Source: Lentisphaerae bacterium GWF2_50_93 (lineage in GTDB: Bacteria > Verrucomicrobiota > Lentisphaeria > Victivallales > GWF2-50-93). Taken from it: DNA of 64,000 bases. This document shows, one piece after another, positions 57,426 to 64,000 of this stretch; the first letter of the stretch is position 1; each line of letters begins with the position of its first letter. The notes beneath the pieces are model-generated. The model worked only from the letters and a program-made list of their open reading frames with translations, did not search any database and was not told the DNA's origin. The position numbers and the translations under genes are program-made. The stretch covers positions 44,791-108,790 of the forward strand of contig MHBI01000101.1 in the NCBI GenBank assembly GCA_001804815.1. The letters are read 5' to 3'.

Positions 57426-57460
57426 AGGCACAGAGTTGCAAAGGCACAGAGGCACAAAGT
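57426..57460 (+). repeat. GGCACAGAG words, including a 19-mer shared with the gatC-gatA spacer
   Basis: AGGCACAGAGGCACAAAGT (57442-57460) matches the reverse complement of 6066-6084 (AGGCACAGAGGCGCAAAGT) at 18 of 19 nt. Confidence 0.8.
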
Positions 57461-57582
57461 TTTTGAATCATCCTATTTTGCGATTCGCCTCTTTCGTGGT
57501 TTAAATCATGTTTAAAGTAAAAAGAAATAGTTTACTCAAAACAGCCCTCACGGGCTTAACTACAAACAAATTTAATTCGTAT

Positions 57583-57613
57583 CTGTTCGTAGTTAATGCC
57601 GTAAGGCATGTTC
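57583..57613 (+). repeat. GTAG-hairpin repeat, copy C
   Basis: CTGTTCGTAGTTA, then ATGCC-GTAA-GGCAT, then GTTC. Confidence 0.6.
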
Positions 57614-57701
57614 AAATTGCCTTAGATGCTTTGTGCTGGAGTTTATCCCGATTCTACGATAGACATCGGGACGCCTCTGCGTCTTTGTGCCAGGATTTAC
57701 T

Positions 57702-60700
57702 ATGAACTGCATAAAATACTCAAAGATGATGACGGACTTTCTGGCCGGGGAACTTTCCGACCAGGATAAGGCGGCACTTGACGCCCACCTCGCCTCCTGC
57801 GAAAACTGCCGGAAGGAGTTCGAACAGCTCAAGGAGGTCTGGAGTCTGACCGAGTCCGCGCTGAAGGCAGATTTTTTTGATGATACTCTGAAATCTGACC
57901 GTCATCAGAATATTGTCAGCAGCGCCAGCCAACCCCGACCGCTAGAATCATCAAAAAAATCTGACACCATCAAATTCAGATTCCTTGAAATTGCTGCTTC
58001 AATTGCCATATGCGTGATACTCGGTTCAATCCTGATAGGGGTATATTCCGTAGCAAACAGGAAAATGGGATCTTCAAACCGAGACTTTGCCCTCTATTGC
58101 AAAGATCTTGCTCAAAATGTTGAACAGAAAGCCGCTGGTGCTGTAAGCACTCTTAGCAGCGGCACCGAAGCTTCTGAAGCACAAGCTGACGTCAGAACAA
58201 AATCTGAGGACCTGCTAAGAGAGCTTGATGAAAGCGGACCTGGCCAACGAGTGACAAGATCCGGGCCTGCCCAGCCTCAGTCTGCTCCTGCTGCTGCACC
58301 AGCGGGAGAATCCAAACATGGTCATGAGAGCATGTCTTTTTCCAACATAGTTATGAAAGGCAGCAGCTGGCCAGAATTTCCCAGTTTATTCTCATCCAAA
58401 GAAGAAGCAGCAGCGGCTCCGGCTAAAAAATCGAAGCCGTCCGAGCGGGTAGTCGCACAGTCTGCTCCTACCTCCGGGCCTGCAGATTTCTTTAAACCCG
58501 GCAACGAAGTGCTCCTCTACGACAAGGCAGCCGACTCTGACAAAGACGAAGTTTCCCGCATTGATGAAGTTCAGAAGGCACCGGCAGCGAAGGCATACGG
58601 CTACAGATCCGCCAAAAAAGCCGTGCCTGCAGCAACTACCCCAAGCGTACCGGAACCAGCAAAACCCGCGGCAGTGGCATTGGGTGAACGCTCCAAGGAT
58701 GTCTCTGCCGGCTTTGTCAATGGCCATGCTTCGGGATATACAGGAGCCGCTTCAAGCGACAAGAAGGAAATTGAAAAGCTCAAGAAAGAAGTCTCTGGTT
58801 TGCAAAAGGAATATAAAAGGGCGATGGGATTGGAGGAAGGCGAAGCACCTGCAAAAACTGGAGCTTCCAAGGCTTTTGCACTAGAAAGAACAAGCGGGAA
58901 TAAAAGTTCCGAGGCAGGAGAAGAACTTGCTGTGATGCGGCAGGAAATAGCGCCTTCTGAAGTGAAAATCGAGCAGGCGGATACGACAATAGAAGTTGAA
59001 GGTCCGGCGGAGAATGCTAAATCCCAGAGCGTCAACATAGGCTCGACCACGTCCGACGTTTCAGTCGGGGTTCCAGCCTCACCCAGCGTGCCGATGTCAA
59101 ACGTCCTTGCGGTAGCCCCTTCAAATTCACCTCTTGTCCTTCCCGGTGCAATGGAAGGAAGATCCAGGGGCGGAAAAGCGGTAGCCATTAAGAAACATGG
59201 CGGGTCCGCATCCGTAGAAGCTGGAGAGAAAAAAGCGGATGATGGGTTACTGTCGATTGAGGACAAGCCGGCCAAGAAGTTAAAAGAATCTATTCCTTTG
59301 GATTCCATGGAGACAAGATTGTATCCAGTCAAAAAGGAAGTCCTCCGCGAGATCGGCGGCAGCAACGAAGAACTTATAAATTATTTCAGGGGCAAGGGAA
59401 TAGCGTTCGGCGAATACTGCAAACTTAATTATGATTCTGAACTTGGAAGGCTGACGATATGCAATGTGCCGGACGAACAGAGAAAAATGGAAGGGATAAT
59501 AAAAGGGCTTGAATATGCCTACGAAAAATCCAAGGAGTTCAAGAATGGAATTCCGTTCAGCGCTACGAGGCAGAAGCCGTTCTCTACATTCTCGATCGAC
59601 GTGGATACAGCCTCATACACGATGGCGAGGAAACAGCTGAGGGATGGCATCAAGCCGGATCCGTTCTCCGTCAGGCCCGAGGAATTCATAAACTATTTCG
59701 ACTATCACTACCGTTCACCTTCAAACTCGACTTTTGCAGTGCATCTCGAAATGGCACCGTCAGTATTCCGTCCTGAAGACCTTACGCTGCGGGTGGGCGT
59801 CAAGGCGCGCGACATCGGTCCCGACGGAAGCCGCGCATCCGTGTTCACCATCCTGATCGACGCAAGCGGTTCCATGTCGCGTGAAAGCAGGATGGACCTG
59901 GTCAAGAAAACCCTCCCTCTCCTCTTCGATCAGATGAAGCCGGATGACAAGATAGCAATACTGGCCTGTACGCACCGCGTCTTCAACCTTGCCGGCTACA
60001 TGCCTGCAAGCGAGAAGAAGACCATATCCAGGCTTGTCGAGGGAATAATGCCGGCGGGAGTCGCGGACATTGAAAACGGACTAGTCACGGCCTATGATCT
60101 CGCTCTTAAGAACTACGAGCCCGGAGCATACAACCGCGTCATCCTCATTACCGACGGCATATCGAACATCGGCTCCAAATCCGCCGAGAAAATCCTGTCG
60201 AAGGTGTCAGCATCCAGGAACATGGGTGTTACAAACACCATAGTGGCGCTCGGTGGCGAGGGTGACGACAAGTTCCTCGAAACAGTCGCGAACAAGGGCG
60301 ATGGCAGCTACGTATTCATCGACAATGAGGATTCCGCAAGGGAAGTCTTCGTGAACGAGTTCGCCGGCCGTTTCCGCGAAATCGCACGGGATGTCAAGAT
60401 ACAGGTCGAGTTCAATCCGCAGATCGTGAACCAGTACCGCCAGATAGGCTACCAGAACCGCCAGCTCAGCAAGGCTGATTTCAGGAACGACAAGGTCGAC
60501 GCAGGAGAAGTCGGGGCCGGACAGTCCGTCACCGCGCTCTACGAACTCAAGCTCGGCAAGAAGCTCCCGCAGGGAGAGGCCACAATAGAAAACCCGATGG
60601 CGGAATCCGTCTGCATCGTGCGTCTCCGCTACCGCAGGACGGATACGATGGACATAGAGGAGAAGGAGTTCATGCTGCCATTATATGAGGTAAAGACCAG

Positions 60701-60896
60701 CTTCGCGAAAGCTTCCTGCGGGTTCAGGCTGGCGGCGTCCGTTGCGGAATTCGCGGAATTCCTGCGGTTCCCCGACGTCCCTGGAATCGCGAATCCTTAC
60801 AATGTCATGAGGCAGATACAGGGAGTGCTCGGTGAAGACTACAAGAACGACGGGAAGGTTTCCGAGCTGTATTCACTGATAAAAAATGTAAAATAA
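57702..60896 (+). CDS. Anti-sigma factor (zf-HC2) fused through a TM helix and a long low-complexity linker to a YfbK-like vWA module
   Basis: 'DAHLASCENC' is H-x3-C-x2-C. The TM helix is 'IAASIAICVILGSILIGVY'. 'PFSTFSIDVDTASY' resembles a vWA N-terminal domain, 'ILIDASGSMS' is a MIDAS motif, and the C-terminus is DUF3520-like. The start is at 57702 or 57687. Confidence 0.8.
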   Translation: MNCIKYSKMMTDFLAGELSDQDKAALDAHLASCENCRKEFEQLKEVWSLTESALKADFFDDTLKSDRHQNIVSSASQPRPLESSKKSDTIKFRFLEIAASIAICVILGSILIGVYSVANRKMGSSNRDFALYCKDLAQNVEQKAAGAVSTLSSGTEASEAQADVRTKSEDLLRELDESGPGQRVTRSGPAQPQSAPAAAPAGESKHGHESMSFSNIVMKGSSWPEFPSLFSSKEEAAAAPAKKSKPSERVVAQSAPTSGPADFFKPGNEVLLYDKAADSDKDEVSRIDEVQKAPAAKAYGYRSAKKAVPAATTPSVPEPAKPAAVALGERSKDVSAGFVNGHASGYTGAASSDKKEIEKLKKEVSGLQKEYKRAMGLEEGEAPAKTGASKAFALERTSGNKSSEAGEELAVMRQEIAPSEVKIEQADTTIEVEGPAENAKSQSVNIGSTTSDVSVGVPASPSVPMSNVLAVAPSNSPLVLPGAMEGRSRGGKAVAIKKHGGSASVEAGEKKADDGLLSIEDKPAKKLKESIPLDSMETRLYPVKKEVLREIGGSNEELINYFRGKGIAFGEYCKLNYDSELGRLTICNVPDEQRKMEGIIKGLEYAYEKSKEFKNGIPFSATRQKPFSTFSIDVDTASYTMARKQLRDGIKPDPFSVRPEEFINYFDYHYRSPSNSTFAVHLEMAPSVFRPEDLTLRVGVKARDIGPDGSRASVFTILIDASGSMSRESRMDLVKKTLPLLFDQMKPDDKIAILACTHRVFNLAGYMPASEKKTISRLVEGIMPAGVADIENGLVTAYDLALKNYEPGAYNRVILITDGISNIGSKSAEKILSKVSASRNMGVTNTIVALGGEGDDKFLETVANKGDGSYVFIDNEDSAREVFVNEFAGRFREIARDVKIQVEFNPQIVNQYRQIGYQNRQLSKADFRNDKVDAGEVGAGQSVTALYELKLGKKLPQGEATIENPMAESVCIVRLRYRRTDTMDIEEKEFMLPLYEVKTSFAKASCGFRLAASVAEFAEFLRFPDVPGIANPYNVMRQIQGVLGEDYKNDGKVSELYSLIKNVK

Positions 60897-60960
60897 ATTT
60901 TCTTGCGGACGCAAGAAAATTTTATAATAAAACTAAATATAAACATTTCTGGAGGATACC

Positions 60961-63900
60961 ATGAAAGGATTTTTTGCCGTAGTCGGAAGTCTAGTTCTAT
61001 TTTTAAGTTGTCATCTCATCAATGCAGAGGAGCCGCCGCAGGACAAGAACAACTTCACCATCGACAATCTCAAGCTGGAAGGAGAAATCACAGACGACGA
61101 CAATATAACTTTCATGCTGACCTTCTCGGCTGAAACCACCAGTGCCGGCTCCATTGTCATGGCACAGGGCAAGATAACCGAATTGTCATCCGAAGTCAGC
61201 GTCAAAGGCAGCGGATTCCTCTGGCTTGGCGGCGGCGAATTCAAGACAGTCTTCAAGGACGGCGCGTATGTCCTGGAATGCCTGGAACCGGGAAAGTGCG
61301 AAGTGAAGTTCTCTTTTGCCGCGAAGGTCGAGGACGCACCTTCCATAATGCCTCTCAACAATGCCAAAACGCAGATAATGCCTCCTGCTGAAATCAAGAA
61401 AGGCATAAAGACATGCAGTTTCGCGCTTGCCCCTGCGATCGCGCGTTCAATCCAGATCAGGAGTCCCAGGAAGGACATGGATCTGGCAATCAACGGCGGG
61501 CTCAATCTTGAAAAGAAGGATGTCCCGGGCGCAGATGCCGCAATATTCACGGCAGTCCTGCCTCCCGAAGGGGATCTCCGCATGAACTGGCGCAGCCAGG
61601 TGGAGAAGATAAGCGCAACCCTGGTTACAAGCGTACAGGCCACGACCGTCGCCGAAGTCTTTCCCGGCACGGTCAAACTCAATTCCCTGTTCATGTATTC
61701 AGTGATACAGGGCAGGCTCTCCAGCCCGGAGATCAGGATCAGCCAGGGATTGAACATCCTCAGCGTTTCAGGCGAAAACATCCAGGACTGGAAGATAAGC
61801 GAGGACAAGGAAAACGGGAACATGCTTGTCGTCACGCTCAGCAAGTACTACGAGGATTCATATGCCGTCTCGGTGGAATCCGAGAAGATACTGCCTGACT
61901 TCCCCAGCAAGTTCTCCCTTCCTTCAGTCGTTCCATTGAAGGCGCTGCGGCTCGACGGTTACCTCGCATTCGGCACAAACGGCGCCATCAAGCTGATCGT
62001 CGACAAGACAAGCGGGCTCAACCAGATCGACAACAGCTCGTTCCCGGCCGTGGACAACAGGAGGAGATCAAAGGAACTTCCCAGGAAAAGCCTTTTCACC
62101 TACAAGTTCTCAGGCGAGAAATACTCCCTTGACACGAGCGCCGACAACATCATGCCGAATTATACTGTGGACCTGAACTACGTGCTGACATTCAAGGACG
62201 AGGATCTCCTGCTCAGGGCAAACTGCAGCCTCGATATCAAGGACGCCCCTCTGCGCGAACTGTTGATAAGGTATTCGAATGACGTCACAGTGAACCGCGT
62301 CGAAGGAAGAAGCACGCTGTCGGACGACTATGAGACCTTTGAGAAGGACGGAAAGAAATGGCTCAAGATTCCCTTCGCCCCTGACACGACAGGCAAAACA
62401 GATGTATTCATAAACTTCGAGAAGAGCATGAAGAACCTGCAGTCGACCCAGATACCTGCAATCTTCATCGAAAGCGCAAAGAGCGTGAGAGGGCACATCC
62501 TGCTTGCGGCAAACCGCGGGCTGTCGCTAATCGTCGAAGACAGGGATCTGAAGAACCTGCGCAAGTATCCCACGGGCTCCGCCCCGCTGCGCGAACCCGG
62601 ACTCCAGCACAACCTGAGATTCAAGGATCAGGACTGGGAGGGGAAGGTGACCGTCGTCCACGAGCAGGTCAACATGGTCTCCGAAGTCTTCCACATCGGC
62701 TCCGTCGGAGAAGGGACAATCTACGGAAGCTCGATATTCACCTATCATGTGTCCGGCGCGCCGATGGACAAGATCCAGCTCAAGATAAATCCCTCCGTGA
62801 AGAATCTCGAGTTCACCGGCGGGAATATAATTGACTGGAAACTTCTTGAGGACAACCTGGAATCGCAGACCTGGCAGGTCAATTTCAAGGAGAAGATCTT
62901 CGGCGACTACACTCTTCTCGCGACCTACGAGACTCCTCTCATCGGAGCGGAGACAAAATACCGGATGGGCGACCTGAGCACCGTCGGAGCAGGCGCCGAA
63001 ACAGGTTTCATCGCACTCACCAGCGCCAGGAACCTGAAGGTGTCGGCTGGCAAGATATCCGAGGCCGTCATTGAAATAGAATCGTCAGAACTCCCCGATG
63101 AATACAAGGTCTTCCTGCAGAACCCCATCCTCAAGGCATACAGGTTCACGCTCACGCCTCACTGGATAGACATGAACATATCGGGCTACGCATCCCAGCA
63201 GATGATCAGCATAGCCGTGGACCACGCGAAATTCACGACAAGGATTGACCGCAACGGCCAGGCTGTCACAACCGCCGAATACCGGATAAAGAATTCATCC
63301 CTCCAGTTCCTCTCGATGGAGCTCCCGGCAAAATCAGAACTGTGGACCGTAAAAGTCAACGGCGAGAAAAAACGCATATCATCTTCCGCCGGCAAATATC
63401 TGGTTCCGCTGCCGAGGAACAAGAACACCGACGATCCCATCTCCGTTGAAATAACCTACGCGGAAAAGAACGGGGAACTCGGAAAATCGGCGGAGCTGAA
63501 GCTTTCAGCGCCCGTACTCAGCCTTGAGACCATGTTCTCGCGATGGACGGTCGAAGTGCCGGAAAACTACAACCTGACCGAATATGGCGGCAACATGATG
63601 CCGATGCGGAATCCGCAGCGGATCGGGCTTGGAGGAATTCTCGCCAGGTTCTCGGTCTGGCTGAACCGTCTCATGAATCCCTTGATAGTCGTCCCATGGC
63701 TCGCCTTGACGCTGATCGGCGCCGCACTTGTCTGGAGCTGGACAAAAGGCTCCCTCAAGATCCTGGTCACAACTGTCTCCGTACTGGTCATAGGAATCAT
63801 ATTGATCGCCAGCCTCGGCTTCCTTGAACGGAAGATGCACAGGGCGGTTCCTGAATTCCTGCCGGAGCCAGTGAACTCCTGCGAATTCACCAGATTGTTC

Positions 63901-64000
63901 AGCCTTCCGCAGGATACTCCGAAAATAGAGATCTACATGTCCGACATGAAAGCATCTTCCTTCCTGAAAGCAGGGTTTGCATTTGTCATGGCGGCATTCG
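60961..64000 (+). CDS. Large secreted/membrane-anchored protein of unknown function, 3' end beyond the window
   Basis: Frame 1 is open from the ATG at 60961 to nt 64000; I checked it codon by codon. It is absent from the ORF track because it has no stop. The signal peptide is 'MKGFFAVVGSLVLFLSCHLINA', and TM helices start near 63600. Confidence 0.7.
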   Translation, partial: MKGFFAVVGSLVLFLSCHLINAEEPPQDKNNFTIDNLKLEGEITDDDNITFMLTFSAETTSAGSIVMAQGKITELSSEVSVKGSGFLWLGGGEFKTVFKDGAYVLECLEPGKCEVKFSFAAKVEDAPSIMPLNNAKTQIMPPAEIKKGIKTCSFALAPAIARSIQIRSPRKDMDLAINGGLNLEKKDVPGADAAIFTAVLPPEGDLRMNWRSQVEKISATLVTSVQATTVAEVFPGTVKLNSLFMYSVIQGRLSSPEIRISQGLNILSVSGENIQDWKISEDKENGNMLVVTLSKYYEDSYAVSVESEKILPDFPSKFSLPSVVPLKALRLDGYLAFGTNGAIKLIVDKTSGLNQIDNSSFPAVDNRRRSKELPRKSLFTYKFSGEKYSLDTSADNIMPNYTVDLNYVLTFKDEDLLLRANCSLDIKDAPLRELLIRYSNDVTVNRVEGRSTLSDDYETFEKDGKKWLKIPFAPDTTGKTDVFINFEKSMKNLQSTQIPAIFIESAKSVRGHILLAANRGLSLIVEDRDLKNLRKYPTGSAPLREPGLQHNLRFKDQDWEGKVTVVHEQVNMVSEVFHIGSVGEGTIYGSSIFTYHVSGAPMDKIQLKINPSVKNLEFTGGNIIDWKLLEDNLESQTWQVNFKEKIFGDYTLLATYETPLIGAETKYRMGDLSTVGAGAETGFIALTSARNLKVSAGKISEAVIEIESSELPDEYKVFLQNPILKAYRFTLTPHWIDMNISGYASQQMISIAVDHAKFTTRIDRNGQAVTTAEYRIKNSSLQFLSMELPAKSELWTVKVNGEKKRISSSAGKYLVPLPRNKNTDDPISVEITYAEKNGELGKSAELKLSAPVLSLETMFSRWTVEVPENYNLTEYGGNMMPMRNPQRIGLGGILARFSVWLNRLMNPLIVVPWLALTLIGAALVWSWTKGSLKILVTTVSVLVIGIILIASLGFLERKMHRAVPEFLPEPVNSCEFTRLFSLPQDTPKIEIYMSDMKASSFLKAGFAFVMAAF

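Overview
This 64-kb window looks like a chromosomal segment from an anaerobic PVC-superphylum bacterium (Lentisphaerota/Kiritimatiellota-like). That assignment is an inference from a DUF1559/H-X9-DG prepilin-type protein, a PPi-dependent PFK, GH4 enzymes and an MttB-family protein. I found no rRNA, tRNA or CRISPR array.

Most of the window is housekeeping: pfp-gatCAB, asd, fhs, murC-like, pyrG, xer recombinase, zwf, a 2-oxoacid dehydrogenase E1/E2 pair, mnmA, ribE and ugd. Accessory islets are interleaved with these genes:
- Two AraC-controlled carbohydrate clusters.
- Two intact PIN-type (VapC) toxin-antitoxin pairs and one decayed RelE-type toxin.
- A Zn/Mn ABC uptake operon headed by a small RHH/Cys-His protein.
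- A sigma4-only protein followed by an anti-sigma/vWA fusion and a giant secreted protein that runs off the 3' end.

The strongest candidate for an undescribed system is the minus-strand operon at 26083-34209, with its divergent AraC gene at 34347-35231. It places a non-pyrrolysine MttB-family / URO-D-family methyltransferase pair between a secreted GH9-like protein with a LamG-like insertion, a DUF1559 pseudopilin and a GH4 enzyme.

The second theme is a rich population of small intergenic elements, several of them sitting inside operons:
- A four-helix-bundle ('23S IVS protein') gene inserted between E1 and E2, bracketed by inverted arrays with a 14-nt period.
- Shared 15- and 19-nt words in the gatC-gatA, znuC-znuB and sigma/anti-sigma spacers.
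- Two MITE-like TIR elements.
- A three-way-junction palindromic module present twice.
- A GNRA-hairpin repeat family whose stems carry compensatory changes.

Other points are a 1-nt frameshift in zwf, a tandemly duplicated pair of small secreted CxxC proteins and a 42-nt palindrome over the ribE start codon. All functional calls rest on motif recognition by eye; no database search was run.
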